From contig JBEKYY010000021.1 of assembly GCA_049510395.1 (NCBI GenBank), positions 13,970 to 77,969 on the forward strand: DNA of 64,000 nt. The letters are read 5' to 3'. A model generated the notes under the pieces. That model worked only from the letters and a program-made list of their open reading frames with translations. It was not told where the DNA came from and ran no database searches. This document shows positions 54,735 to 64,000 of this stretch, piece after piece (within the stretch, counting starts at the first letter, position 1; each line of letters begins with the position of its first letter). This DNA comes from Verrucomicrobiota bacterium. GTDB taxonomy: Bacteria; Verrucomicrobiota; Verrucomicrobiia; Limisphaerales; UBA11358. The translations under genes and the position numbers were made by a program.

Positions 54735-56120
54735 TCACGACTTTTCCGACTTTAGCGTCACGGCAATGCGCTCCAAACGCGACGACCGCGACGCTTTCAA
54801 CAAAACCACATCGCCTGCCTTCAAAAAATCCTTCACCGCCTTCACCGCCGCTTCCACATCCGCAAATTCAATCACCCGATTCAATCCGGCTTCGCGCGCC
54901 GCGTGCGCCGTGACCGGCGCCATTTTGCCGATGGCAAACATTTGCCCGATGCCGAGTTCCGCCGCGCGGCGTCCGATCTCCGCGTGCGCCGCCTCGCTGT
55001 GCGCGCCCAGCTCGTTCATGTCGCCGAGCACCACCACGCGCCGGCCCTGCAACGGCAGATCGCAAAGCGTTTCGAGCGCCGCGAGCGTCGAATCCGCGTT
55101 CGCGTTGTAGGCGTCGTCGAGCACCCGCACGCCGCCCGCTTCCCAAAATTGCAGCCGCATCTTCGGCGGCTGGCATTCGGCCAGGCCGTCCCGCACCGCG
55201 GGACGGCCCAGGCCTAGTTCCTCACTGACCGCAGCAGCAAACAAGGCGTTCGTCACCTGATGCCGCCCCAACAAATTGATTCGATACTCACCGCTGAATT
55301 CAGCCTTCGGCGCGTCCACGCGAAAGGTCACGCCGTTCCTGTCCAGGCGAATCGAACGCGCACGCCAGTCGTTTTTTTCACCGAGCCCGACGCGCACGAC
55401 CGTCGCGCGCGTGCGCCGGATGACCGGCTCCGTCCACTCGCTGTCACCGTTGACAAAGAGCCTGCCGTCCGCCGGCAACAATTCCGCGAGCCAGCCTTCC
55501 TCCTGCGCCACGCCCGCCAGGTCGCCAAAAAATTCCAGATGCTCGCGGCCGATGTTCGTCAGCACGCCGTATTTCGGCCGGATCATGTTCACCAGCGGCG
55601 CGAGTTCGCCCGGATGATTCGTGCCCGCTTCGAGCACAGCGGCCTGGTGCGAATTTTCCAGGCGCAACAACGTCAGCGGCACGCCGATGTCATTGTTGAA
55701 ACTCGCCTCGCTCCAGACCGTTGCCAGCTGTTGCTGCAACGCCGACGCGATCAATTCCTTCGTCGTCGTTTTGCCGTTGGAGCCGCCAACGGCAATCACC
55801 GGCAAATCAAATTCCCGCCGGTACGCCGCGGCGAATTTTCCGAGTGCCGCGCGCGCGTCATCCACGACGAGCACCGCGCATCCCGGCAATGGCGCGGGAA
55901 CTTTTTTTCGCTCCACGACAACAGCGACGACGCCTTTGGCCGCGACTTCGTTCAAAAAGTCGTGGCCGTCAAAGCGCTCGCCCTTGATGGCGAAAAACAG
56001 GTCGCCCGGCTTCGCCTGCCGCGAATCAATGCAGGCGCGTTGAACGGGTGTTTCCGCCGACCCGCGTCTGAGTTCGGCGGCGCAGGCATCGGCGATAAAT
56101 TTCAAAGAACGTGTTTCCAC
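54735..56120 (-). CDS. murF: UDP-N-acetylmuramoyl-tripeptide--D-alanyl-D-alanine ligase
   Basis: IDSRQAKPGDLFFAIKGERFDGHDF (a MurF-type N-terminus) and GGSNGKTTTKE. GTG start. Confidence 0.85.
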   Translation of the reverse strand: METRSLKFIADACAAELRRGSAETPVQRACIDSRQAKPGDLFFAIKGERFDGHDFLNEVAAKGVVAVVVERKKVPAPLPGCAVLVVDDARAALGKFAAAYRREFDLPVIAVGGSNGKTTTKELIASALQQQLATVWSEASFNNDIGVPLTLLRLENSHQAAVLEAGTNHPGELAPLVNMIRPKYGVLTNIGREHLEFFGDLAGVAQEEGWLAELLPADGRLFVNGDSEWTEPVIRRTRATVVRVGLGEKNDWRARSIRLDRNGVTFRVDAPKAEFSGEYRINLLGRHQVTNALFAAAVSEELGLGRPAVRDGLAECQPPKMRLQFWEAGGVRVLDDAYNANADSTLAALETLCDLPLQGRRVVVLGDMNELGAHSEAAHAEIGRRAAELGIGQMFAIGKMAPVTAHAAREAGLNRVIEFADVEAAVKAVKDFLKAGDVVLLKASRSSRLERIAVTLKSEKS

Positions 56121-56140
56121 TGTAAAATTTCACTGGTCGT

Positions 56141-58039
56141 TCACGGGTTTTGGGCATTCATCGGCATCCGTGAGCCGCCTGCCGCCACGAGCGGCGGCGA
56201 TGATGCCGCCGGTTGTAAATTTTTGTCCGCCGGAATGTTCAAATAACTTGCGCAACGTTCGGCAATTTCCTTGAAGACCGGTCCACAAACCTGGCCGCCG
56301 TAATAACCCTCCTTCGGCTCGTCCATCACGACCGAGATGCAAAGCTCCGGTTTGTCGGCCGGTAAAAATCCGGCGAACGAAGAGTAGAATTTATGTTCGG
56401 CGTAGGTGCCATTCTCGACTTTTTGCGCCGTGCCGGTCTTGCCCGCATCGGTGTAATCTTTCATCGCCGCGCCTGGCGCCGTGCCGTCTGGCGTCACGAC
56501 GGTTTTGAGCGCCTCAACCATTAATTTATCCGTGGATTCGCTGACGACCTGCCGCACGCGCTGCGGCGCGTATTCCTGCACCACGTTCCCATTGCGGTCT
56601 TCGAGACGACTCACCAGCATCGGCCGCATGAGCCAGCCGTCATTCGCCAGCGCGCTCATGGCCATGATCATTTGCAACCGCGTCACCGCGATCCCCTGTC
56701 CCATGGGAATTTGCGCGATGGAAACCTTGCTCCAATTCTTCACCGGATACAAAATTCCCCTGGCTTCGCCCGGCAGGGAAATGCCCGTGCGCTGGCCAAA
56801 ACCAAAATTCCGCACGTAATCGTAAAGCCGGTTCTCGCCCAGGCGGATGCCGATCTTTGCCGCGCCGATGTTCGACGATTTCGTGATGATGCTTTCGGTG
56901 GTAAGAATTCCAAACGGTTCGTGGTCGTGCAAAACCCGGCCCGCAAAGGCAAAGTGCCCTTGTTCGCAATCAAACGTGTCCGCCCAGCGCACGACGCCTT
57001 CGTTCAACGCTCCGGATACGACGACGATTTTGAACGTCGAGCCGGGTTCCATCAAGTCGCTGATGACGCGATTGCGGCGCGCATCAGCGGGCGAAGCACC
57101 GGGATTATTCGGATCAAAATTCGGCAGCGTCGCCATCGCCAGAATCTCGCCCGTGCGCGGACGCGTGACGACGGCGGTGATGCTAATGGGTGTGTGTTTT
57201 TGCAGCGCGTCGGCCAGCGCGGTTTCCACGATGTGCTGAATCGCCGCGTCAATGGTGAGAACCACGTTCAAGCCGTCGCGCGCCTGCACGTCTTCATCGC
57301 GCAACGCGACCAGTTCGCGTTTCTGACGGTCCGTTTGCGTCACCCGCCAGCCCGCCACGCCGCTCAACGCCGGATTTAAAACCAGTTCCACGCCGTCGCG
57401 CCCGACCATTTGCGAAACGCGGTTGCTGCCATTCTCCGTTCCCACGAAACCGAGCACGTGCGCCGCCAGCGGACCGTTCGGATACAGGCGCAATTGATCG
57501 TCCACCAGGTCGGCGAAAATCGCGTGCTGGCGCAAGTCGCGGAAAAACGCGCGCTGGCTCCTCGGCAACTTGCTTTCGTCCACCCCGAACGACATCCGGC
57601 TCATCGTCAGTTGAATTTTTTGCCACGTTTCGTCCGGAACCTTGTGTTGCAGCACGACGTAACGGTTCGTGACCGTTTCTCCCTTTTGATTTTTCAACAG
57701 GCGGGGAAGCAGGCGCTGATACAAATCGCCTTCGCTCATTTGCAGCAGCGGTGCGAGCTGGCGGGCGACCACGGCCTGCTGGGTGCCAATCAACACCGGA
57801 TCGGCACAAACCGTTTTCACAAAAATGCTCGTGGCGAGCAAATTGCCGTGCGCGTCGAGAATGTCGCCTCGGCGCGGCGCCCGCCAGAACTCGCGCTGGG
57901 TGTTTTGCTGCGCCTTGGCGGCCAGTTCGTCGTGACGCAACACCTGCAACTCCACGAGGCGGGAACCCAGGCCGGCGAATGCCAGGCACAGCAGCCCCAA
58001 CAGCGTCAGCACCCGTTTCAATTGCAGCTGTTTGGTCAT
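56141..58039 (-). CDS. ftsI: Penicillin-binding protein (class B transpeptidase, FtsI/PBP3-like)
   Basis: N-terminal anchor, then PGSTFK (SxxK), KSSNIG (SxN) and AGKTGTA (KTG). Confidence 0.9.
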   Translation of the reverse strand: MTKQLQLKRVLTLLGLLCLAFAGLGSRLVELQVLRHDELAAKAQQNTQREFWRAPRRGDILDAHGNLLATSIFVKTVCADPVLIGTQQAVVARQLAPLLQMSEGDLYQRLLPRLLKNQKGETVTNRYVVLQHKVPDETWQKIQLTMSRMSFGVDESKLPRSQRAFFRDLRQHAIFADLVDDQLRLYPNGPLAAHVLGFVGTENGSNRVSQMVGRDGVELVLNPALSGVAGWRVTQTDRQKRELVALRDEDVQARDGLNVVLTIDAAIQHIVETALADALQKHTPISITAVVTRPRTGEILAMATLPNFDPNNPGASPADARRNRVISDLMEPGSTFKIVVVSGALNEGVVRWADTFDCEQGHFAFAGRVLHDHEPFGILTTESIITKSSNIGAAKIGIRLGENRLYDYVRNFGFGQRTGISLPGEARGILYPVKNWSKVSIAQIPMGQGIAVTRLQMIMAMSALANDGWLMRPMLVSRLEDRNGNVVQEYAPQRVRQVVSESTDKLMVEALKTVVTPDGTAPGAAMKDYTDAGKTGTAQKVENGTYAEHKFYSSFAGFLPADKPELCISVVMDEPKEGYYGGQVCGPVFKEIAERCASYLNIPADKNLQPAASSPPLVAAGGSRMPMNAQNP

Positions 58040-58115
58040 CGCAAAAAAGGCCAGCCGCCCGTGGCGATCGGTTCCTCACCCGACGGCGTCACGAGCGGCG
58101 GCCAAAATTTTCATG

Positions 58116-58499
58116 TTATTGGGTCATTGCGCCAGCAGGCCTTTCCGCAAACTGACGCGTCAAAATTGTTTTTTCCGGCGGCGCAGACGCAGGTTCCGCC
58201 AGCCGCAAAACCTGCATCGGTTGCGCCGGCAAAAGACCGAGATTCAGTTCGCGTACGCGGCGATCCAGCATCGTCGGCGACCGCAAAATTGAAAGCTGGT
58301 CACTGAGTTTTCGATCATCGTTTTGCAACCGCGCCAGACGAACCTCGCGCTGCCGGATTTGCTGGCCGAGCTGGTAAATCTGGCTCTTTTGCCAGACGTA
58401 ACCCACCGCCGAACCGGCAATCAGCAGGCACAAAAACAACGCCTTCAGCGCCGGCCCAAACCGGATTGCTGCTGATTGATTTTTCCGATTTTTTGCCAT
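58116..58499 (-). CDS. ftsL: Cell division protein FtsL-like
   Basis: A small bitopic protein with one TM segment plus a coiled coil (YQLGQQIRQREVRLARLQNDDRKLSDQL). It sits between rsmH and ftsI. Confidence 0.7.
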   Translation of the reverse strand: MAKNRKNQSAAIRFGPALKALFLCLLIAGSAVGYVWQKSQIYQLGQQIRQREVRLARLQNDDRKLSDQLSILRSPTMLDRRVRELNLGLLPAQPMQVLRLAEPASAPPEKTILTRQFAERPAGAMTQ

Positions 58500-59432
58500 C
58501 TAAATTTTCTCCAGTACCCGCAATTGCGCGCTGCGGCTGCGCGGATTGTCGTTCAATTCATCCGCGCCGGGCTTGATTGCCTTGCGCGTCACCCATTTCA
58601 ACTCCGGAGCGCGCGGCCGGCGCAATTCCGGCACGTCCACCCCGCCGGTGAACGTGTAATCGCACGTCCGTTCCCGGCCAAATTCCTTCACCACCCGGTC
58701 CTCCAGCGAATGAAACGTGATGATCGCCAGCCGTCCGCCCGGTTTCAAAATTTTCACCGCCGCTTCCAACCCGTGTTTCAAAGAACCCATTTCGTCGTTC
58801 ACCGCGATCCGCAGCGCTTGAAAAATTTTCGTCGCCGGATGCACCTTTTTCCCTCGGCGCGGACTGAGCCGCTCAATCAATTCCGCCAGTTGCCGCGTCG
58901 TCTCAAACTTTCGCTGTTCACGGTCATGCACCATCGCCTTTGCAAACCGTCGCGACTCGTGTTCGTCGCCAAATTCCCAAAAAATCTTCGCCAGTTCTTC
59001 CGCACCGGCGCCATTCACCAAATCCGCCGCCGTCAGCGTCTGCCGCGTGTCCATCCGCATGTCCAGCGGGCCGTCGTGCTGAAAACTGAATCCACGCTCG
59101 GGCGAATCCAGTTGCGGCGAACTCACGCCCAGGTCCAGCAGCACGCCGTCGCATCCTGCCACCGGAATCCATCCGGCCATTTCCGCAAAATTTTCCTGCC
59201 GGATCTCAAAACGTCCGGCGAATTTTTCCGCGAGCCGTTTTTTCGCGGCTTCAACCGCGATGCCATCGCGATCGCACCCAAACAGCCATCCGGTCGGCGA
59301 ACTCACGGCCAAGATGTCCGCTGCGTGCCCAGCCCCACCGAGCGTCCCGTCGGCGTAACGTCCGCCCGGCCTCGGCTTTAGCGCGTCCAGCACCTCCGCC
59401 GCCATCACTGTTTTGTGAACGAAATCCGGCAC
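58500..59432 (-). CDS. rsmH: 16S rRNA (cytosine1402-N4)-methyltransferase
   Basis: HKTVMAAEVL, YADGTLGGAGHA, GVLLDLGVSSPQLD, SFHSLEDR. GTG start. Confidence 0.9.
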   Translation of the reverse strand: MPDFVHKTVMAAEVLDALKPRPGGRYADGTLGGAGHAADILAVSSPTGWLFGCDRDGIAVEAAKKRLAEKFAGRFEIRQENFAEMAGWIPVAGCDGVLLDLGVSSPQLDSPERGFSFQHDGPLDMRMDTRQTLTAADLVNGAGAEELAKIFWEFGDEHESRRFAKAMVHDREQRKFETTRQLAELIERLSPRRGKKVHPATKIFQALRIAVNDEMGSLKHGLEAAVKILKPGGRLAIITFHSLEDRVVKEFGRERTCDYTFTGGVDVPELRRPRAPELKWVTRKAIKPGADELNDNPRSRSAQLRVLEKI

Positions 59433-59453
59433 TGCGCATCGTTTTTCCGTTGG

Positions 59454-59975
59454 TTAGTCCACTGTTGTGTGAAACATCCGCTCCGCCAGAAATTCCCAGG
59501 ATTTTTCCGGGGGCGGCAGCACCGGCACAGCCACTTCGTCCGCTGTGCGCGATTTGATCGGCACCACCTCCACGTCGGCATCGCTGAGGTCGTTATGCAC
59601 GACTTTCACGCTGTCCAGCGAAAGTTCGGACTGCACCGGACACGGGGCGCTTGGCGCCGCCGGGGCCGAACCGCGCCACATCGAAATCGGATTCAATTTG
59701 CTTGCCCAGGATGTCACGCGCACCGGACGCGGCGGCCAGGGCGGTATTTTTTGCGTCTTGGCGGCGACGGGCGTGACGATTTTTTTGATTGGGGCGGCGA
59801 TGGTTTCCACTACCGGTTTCGCCGGTTCCGCCAGTTCCGCCTCGTCCGGCGACTTGAATGGATTTTGCGCCAAACCGAATTTTGGCAGATAAACGTGTTT
59901 GTTGGCGCGATACAAAATTTCCTCGCTTCCGTTGATGACGCTTTTTCCGGCAACCAATAATTTTGCAAGGTTCAT
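59454..59975 (-). CDS. Hypothetical protein between mraZ and rsmH
   Basis: ATG at 59975, 2 nt after the mraZ stop. 174-aa Pro/Ala-rich ORF. I recognised no motif. The 5' part of track ORF 59454..60137 overlaps mraZ and I trimmed it. Confidence 0.5.
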   Translation of the reverse strand: MNLAKLLVAGKSVINGSEEILYRANKHVYLPKFGLAQNPFKSPDEAELAEPAKPVVETIAAPIKKIVTPVAAKTQKIPPWPPRPVRVTSWASKLNPISMWRGSAPAAPSAPCPVQSELSLDSVKVVHNDLSDADVEVVPIKSRTADEVAVPVLPPPEKSWEFLAERMFHTTVD

Positions 59976-59977
59976 AA

Positions 59978-60442
59978 TTACTCCATCAGTTTGAAGGCTT
60001 CGTGCGCCAGCACGGCGTCGGAAGCCTTGACCTTTTCGTAACTCTGCGGATTCCAAATCTCGAAGCGGTCCAGCAACCCGACCAGCATTGCCTCGTCCTT
60101 GATGCCCGCCGCGCGCGCCATGCCTTCCGGCAGGCAAATCCGTCCCGCCTTGTCCACGCTCACCTGCACCGACTCGCTGCCGATGAAACGTTTCAAAACC
60201 ACTTTGTTCGCGTCGCTGTTGGACATCGTGTCAATGGCTTTCACCATCTTCGCCATTTCCGCCGGCGGCAAAACGCGCAAGCACGGACCCTCTTTCGCCT
60301 TCGGCCAAAGCATCAGCGTCAGTTCCGTCCCCGGCTTTTCCGGCCGCCACTTGGCCGGGATTTGGACGCGCCGCTTCTCATCCACTCCATGACGATAGAG
60401 TGAATTATAATAAGTCGGCTCTTTATTCACCGCGTCCCTCAT
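59978..60442 (-). CDS. mraZ: Transcriptional regulator MraZ
   Basis: Two SpoVT/AbrB-like halves: GVDEKRRVQIPAKWR and SVDKAGRICLPEGMARAAGI. I chose the ATG at 60442 because the longer track ORF start at 60481 overlaps the GTGGG operator repeats. Confidence 0.85.
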   Translation of the reverse strand: MRDAVNKEPTYYNSLYRHGVDEKRRVQIPAKWRPEKPGTELTLMLWPKAKEGPCLRVLPPAEMAKMVKAIDTMSNSDANKVVLKRFIGSESVQVSVDKAGRICLPEGMARAAGIKDEAMLVGLLDRFEIWNPQSYEKVKASDAVLAHEAFKLME

Positions 60443-60475
60443 GTATCCACAATGTTGACCCCAAACTGCCTTTTT

Positions 60476-60521
60476 CCCCACAACGACCCACTTTTAACCA
60501 CTTTACCCCACCTCATGTCAA
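60476..60521 (-). promoter_or_regulatory. Putative MraZ operator (four GTGG(G) boxes in 10-bp phase) with an adjacent -35-like TTGACA
   Basis: The minus strand reads TTGACAtgagGTGGGGtaaaGTGGttaaaaGTGGGtcgttGTGGGGaaaa. The box ends fall at 60511, 60501, 60491 and 60481 on the plus strand. This matches the direct-repeat GTGGG operator architecture described for MraZ. Confidence 0.55.
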
Positions 60522-60644
60522 CAAAAATTTTGCGATTTATTCAAAAGTTATTCACAACCAAAAAAGCTGGGGTTAAAGGCTTTAAATTGAAATCTTATGG
60601 CATGACGGCTTGAAACTTGAAACCTGAAACTTGAAACTCGCCGC

Positions 60645-61718
60645 GTGCGAACCGCTGATTTCAATTTTGACCTGCCGCCCGGACTGATCGCGCAACATCC
60701 CGCGCCACGGCGTGATGAATCACGATTGCTGTTCCTGCATCGCACGAACGGTAATATCGAACACCGTCACTTTCGGGATTTGCCGGGGGTTTTTCGCGCG
60801 GGCGACGTGCTGGTTCTCAACAATTCACGCGTGATTCCAGCCCGGCTTCGTGGCGCGAATGCCCGGTCCGGCGGCAAATTTGAAATTCTATTGCTTGAAG
60901 AAAAAGCGACCAACGACTGGTGGGTCATGCTGCGCCCCGGCAAAAGCGCCCGCGTCGGAACGCAAATCGTTTTTCATGGCAACCGCCAAATGACCTGGAT
61001 TGGCGCCACCGTCGTGGAAGTGAACGATGAGGGGCACCGGCGACTGCAATTTTCCGGCACGCCGGACATCAGCCGCGAATTGGATCGGCTGGGCGAAGTT
61101 CCACTGCCACCCTATATCACCCGCGCCAATCCAGATGAAATGGGCGAGGACAAGGAGCGTTATCAAACCATTTATGCCCGGACCGACGGTTCGGTCGCGG
61201 CACCGACCGCCGGTTTACACTTCACCGGGAAATTACTTGATGAAATCCGCGCGCGCGGCGTGAAAATCTGCTTTGTCACGCTGCATATCGGACCCGGCAC
61301 GTTTGCGCCGGTGAAAACCGAAACGCTGGCCGCGCACAAAATGCATGAAGAACGATTCGAGCTTGGCGAAGAGACCGCGCACGCCGTAAACGAAGCCAAA
61401 AGAACCGGACGCCGCGTCTTTGCCGTCGGCACGACGACCGTGCGCGTGCTTGAAAGCATTGCCGCCAGGAACAACGGAAAACTCAATGTTTACAAGGGTC
61501 GGACGCATATTTTCGTTTATCCGCCGTTTCAATTTCAAATTGTGGACGCACTGTTGACAAACTTCCATCTTCCCTGCTCCACCTTGCTGATGCTCGTCAG
61601 TGCGTTCGCCACGCCGGGTGAAACGCACGGACGCGAAATGGTCTTGGCCGCCTACGCCGAGGCCATCCGCAAACGTTATCGCTTCTTCAGTTACGGCGAT
61701 GCGATGCTGATTGTATGA
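60645..61718 (+). CDS. queA: S-adenosylmethionine:tRNA ribosyltransferase-isomerase
   Basis: RTADFNFDLPPGLIAQHPAPRRDESRLL, VAAPTAGLHFT, GTTTVRVLES. GTG start. Confidence 0.9.
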   Translation: MRTADFNFDLPPGLIAQHPAPRRDESRLLFLHRTNGNIEHRHFRDLPGVFRAGDVLVLNNSRVIPARLRGANARSGGKFEILLLEEKATNDWWVMLRPGKSARVGTQIVFHGNRQMTWIGATVVEVNDEGHRRLQFSGTPDISRELDRLGEVPLPPYITRANPDEMGEDKERYQTIYARTDGSVAAPTAGLHFTGKLLDEIRARGVKICFVTLHIGPGTFAPVKTETLAAHKMHEERFELGEETAHAVNEAKRTGRRVFAVGTTTVRVLESIAARNNGKLNVYKGRTHIFVYPPFQFQIVDALLTNFHLPCSTLLMLVSAFATPGETHGREMVLAAYAEAIRKRYRFFSYGDAMLIV

Positions 61719-62434
61719 GTCCAAAGTCCAAAGTCCGAAGTCCAAAGCTGCCGTTCGTTTTCGCGAACATGGCGATGACGGCGGACGGAAAAATCGCGAC
61801 GACGAATCACGCGGTGTCGTCTTTCGGCAGCCTACGCGACCACAGGCACTTGCTGGAATTGCGGGCGACGGCAGACGCGGTGATGGTCGGGGCGCGCACT
61901 GTGGATTCGGCGGCCATCAACCTGGGACCGGGTCCGGGCAGATTTCGGCGCTTGCGGCTTAATAACGGGCTGAAGGAGTACAATTTGCGCATCATCGTCA
62001 GCGGCAATGGCTCAATCAATCCCGCTGCGGAAGTTTTCAAACATCGCTTCTCGCCCATCATCATCCTTACCACCGAACGAGCATCGAAAGCCAAGTTGCG
62101 TCAACTACGGGCTTTAGCGGATGAAGTAAAGGTTTATGGCAAGCGCGAAATCGATTTCCGGAAGGCGTTTCGCTGGTTGCGGGGGAAGTGGGGCGTCAAA
62201 CGCCTGCTTTGCGAAGGCGGCGGCGGATTGAATGACGCCTTGTTCCGGGCCGGTTTGGTGGACGAACTGCATCTGACGATCTGCCCGAAAATTTTCGGCG
62301 GGCGCAATGCGCCTGCCATCGCTGATGGCAGAGGTTTCCGCCGATTGGTGGAAGCCCTACCTCTTCAAATCAAGTCATTTAGGCATATCGGAAACGAGGT
62401 TTTTGCCGTGTTTCGGCGGCTAACGCGAAGGTGA
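61715..62434 (+). CDS. RibD C-terminal domain reductase (dihydrofolate-reductase-like fold)
   Basis: LPFVFANMAMTADGKIA...LRATADAVMVGARTV...LLCEGGGGLN. The N-terminal SPKSKVRSPK is encoded by a short tandem repeat. ATGA overlap with queA. Confidence 0.75.
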   Translation: MSPKSKVRSPKLPFVFANMAMTADGKIATTNHAVSSFGSLRDHRHLLELRATADAVMVGARTVDSAAINLGPGPGRFRRLRLNNGLKEYNLRIIVSGNGSINPAAEVFKHRFSPIIILTTERASKAKLRQLRALADEVKVYGKREIDFRKAFRWLRGKWGVKRLLCEGGGGLNDALFRAGLVDELHLTICPKIFGGRNAPAIADGRGFRRLVEALPLQIKSFRHIGNEVFAVFRRLTRR

Positions 62435-62645
62435 GTAAAGCCTAGGTTATTCACAAGGCGTCACTGCTGGCTGTAACCGGTTCATAACAGGGGTGAAACG
62501 TCCATGTTCGCCGGTTTAGAGACTGGTTGAACGATAAAGGAACATTCCCGGTAGGGCCGTACTGCTGCGCGGCCACCTGACCCGGCGGCGTAGCAGCGCC
62601 GCTCTACCATTGAACCGATTGTTTCGGTATGGGTTTTCCTTTGCC

Positions 62646-63185
62646 TTACCCAGTTTCGGCTTTCGATTCCACCCAACGTGCGAACAACCACAGCAAATCA
62701 CTCAGCCGATTGAGATAAATCACAATTTCCGCGTTTTTTAACTCGCCTGCTTCCTTCAACGCGCATACGCGCCGTTCCGCCCGACGGCAAACTGTCCGCG
62801 CCAGATCCAACGCCGCTCCCGGCGAGGTCGCTCCCGGCGCCGCCCAGCCCTTGGAACTCACGTTCTGCTCCTCGATTTCGCTCACCAGCGCATCGAGCGT
62901 TGCCGTCATTGTCGGCGTGACCAGCGAATAGCCGTCCTTGACATAATGGGACAAATCCTCCGGCTGGACGCACAGTTCGCCCATCAACACAATCAGGTCT
63001 TTCTGAATCACCAGCAGGTTGTTGCGCACGAAATCGTGATGCGCCGACACGTGCGCCACACCCATCGCGGCGTTTAATTCATCCACCGCCCCGCACGCCT
63101 CAATGCGCGGATGGGTTTTCGGCACCCGCCGGCCATACATCAACACCGTCGTCCCATCATCCCCGCTTTTGGTCGCAATGCTCAT
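62646..63185 (-). CDS. ATP:cob(I)alamin adenosyltransferase, PduO type
   Basis: TKSGDDGTTVLMYGRRVPKTHPRIEACGAVDELNAAMG...RTVCRRAERR. Confidence 0.85.
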   Translation of the reverse strand: MSIATKSGDDGTTVLMYGRRVPKTHPRIEACGAVDELNAAMGVAHVSAHHDFVRNNLLVIQKDLIVLMGELCVQPEDLSHYVKDGYSLVTPTMTATLDALVSEIEEQNVSSKGWAAPGATSPGAALDLARTVCRRAERRVCALKEAGELKNAEIVIYLNRLSDLLWLFARWVESKAETG

Positions 63186-63258
63186 TCAGCCTTCAATCTC
63201 CCCCCTCGTTCCACCGTGGCTCCGCAACGCGGGGCGAAGGCGGATCGTTCTTTGAAGT

Positions 63259-64000
63259 TTACTGCATCTGGCTATTTGTCAAAACCTTATTCGTACCCGT
63301 CCAGTTGGACGGCGGATTTTTCACCACCGGACGATTGGTTGATGGCAAGGCCGGCAGCGGCGGCGAAACCAATCTTTGATAAGTCAGAATGCCCTTCACC
63401 ATCGCCTGCGCCATCTGGCGGCGATACGCGGCATCGTAAATCTTTTTGCGCTCAACCGGATGCGTCATGTATCCGCCTTCAATCAGGATGGCCGGCATCG
63501 TGGCGTCGCGCAAAACCGCGTAACGCGCCCGGCGCACGCCGCGGTCCGGCACGCGCAGGCTTTGCACCAGCGACTTCTCCATCTGATACGCCAGCAGCAA
63601 ACTCCTTTGCTCGACGCGATTTGCCGTGGTCGGGCCGTAATTTGCTCCTTCGCCCTGCGCGTCGGTGGAACTGGCGCCGACGGGCGTGATGCAATACGTC
63701 TGCGGCCCTTCGACATCGTCTTTCCCGGTTGGCATCGCGTTGAAATGCAGGCTCACGAACAAATCCGCGCCGCGCCGGTTCGCCAGCGCCGGACGGTCAG
63801 GCAACTCAACATACGTGTCCCTGCTGCGCGTCAGGATGACATTGAATCCGGCCTTTCGGAGCTGGTCGCGCAATTCCAGCGCCAGCACCAGCGTGTACGT
63901 CTTCTCGCTGTGCCAGAACGTGTGGTTGCCCGTGTCCTTGCCGCCGTGACCGGGGTCGAGGCAGATGGTCGTAATGCGTTTGGGATCGGCGAACCGGGAC
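63259..64000 (-). CDS. N-acetylmuramoyl-L-alanine amidase (Amidase_3), 5' end off the window
   Basis: The frame is open to the window edge. CLDPGHGGKDTG, DLFVSLHFNA, AVLRDATMPAILIEGGYMTHP. Confidence 0.85.
   Translation of the reverse strand, partial: SRFADPKRITTICLDPGHGGKDTGNHTFWHSEKTYTLVLALELRDQLRKAGFNVILTRSRDTYVELPDRPALANRRGADLFVSLHFNAMPTGKDDVEGPQTYCITPVGASSTDAQGEGANYGPTTANRVEQRSLLLAYQMEKSLVQSLRVPDRGVRRARYAVLRDATMPAILIEGGYMTHPVERKKIYDAAYRRQMAQAMVKGILTYQRLVSPPLPALPSTNRPVVKNPPSNWTGTNKVLTNSQMQ

Noticed and set aside
53305-54738. 477-aa minus-strand ORF
   Set aside because: It is an alternative frame over mraY. The mraY frame carries all the canonical motifs, and this one is Arg/Gly-rich noise.
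57294-58079. 261-aa minus-strand ORF and 298-aa plus ORF (57410..58306) over ftsI
   Set aside because: They are alternative or antisense frames of the PBP gene, which has SxxK/SxN/KTG.
62482-62701. Small ORFs between the RibD-C-like and PduO-type genes; also checked for a cobalamin riboswitch
   Set aside because: The region is a convergent 3' intergenic spacer occupied by a gtagagcggcgctgctacgcc-type palindromic repeat. I saw no riboswitch-like conserved core, and the location is downstream of both genes.

Overview
High-GC bacterial chromosomal segment. The gene content points to a Verrucomicrobiota-like genome (inference only): a GloVer-repeat protein, many families of short palindromic repeats, and an FtsZ-containing dcw cluster. 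I support about 60 protein genes, one tRNA, and no rRNA or CRISPR. Left to right: an edge-truncated Ser/Thr kinase, CPBP protease, comF-like, accD, a GT2 and a CvpA-like membrane protein. Next is an ~8.7 kb integrated element in tRNA-Pro(GGG) at 6081-14794, bounded by a 54-bp direct repeat. It carries a tyrosine integrase, Xis-like and XRE regulators, a frameshifted GloVer-repeat gene, unknown ORFs and a 1.2-1.4 kb GC-rich stretch with no credible ORF. Then come beta-carbonic anhydrase, PspC, flotillin/NfeD, lpdA plus an E2 acyltransferase split by a four-helix-bundle gene, a DenV-like glycosylase, DsbD plus a redoxin, a SET-domain protein, RluA, a glucuronokinase-like GHMP kinase plus GalU, RNase HIII, mutY, an NPP-type phosphatase, cysteine desulfurase, MscS, queD, a LuxC/LuxE-like pair and metG. 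A minus-strand dcw cluster follows (mraZ-orf-rsmH-ftsL-ftsI-murF-mraY-LysM-ftsW-murG-murB-ddl-ftsQ-ftsA-ftsZ), then queA, a RibD-C-like reductase, a PduO-type adenosyltransferase and an edge-truncated amidase. Most notable observations: (1) two AT-rich single-ORF blocks sit at the 5' ends of housekeeping genes (mutY, beta-CA), each with a diverged partial duplicate of the target gene's 5' end and no recombinase; (2) several families of palindromic REP/MITE-like repeats lie in-frame inside intact conserved genes (rluA-like, mutY, metG, luxC/luxE-like, dsbD-like), reminiscent of Rickettsia palindromic elements; (3) the ORF-less GC-rich region inside the tRNA-Pro island. All functional calls come from motif recognition by eye. 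No database searches were run.
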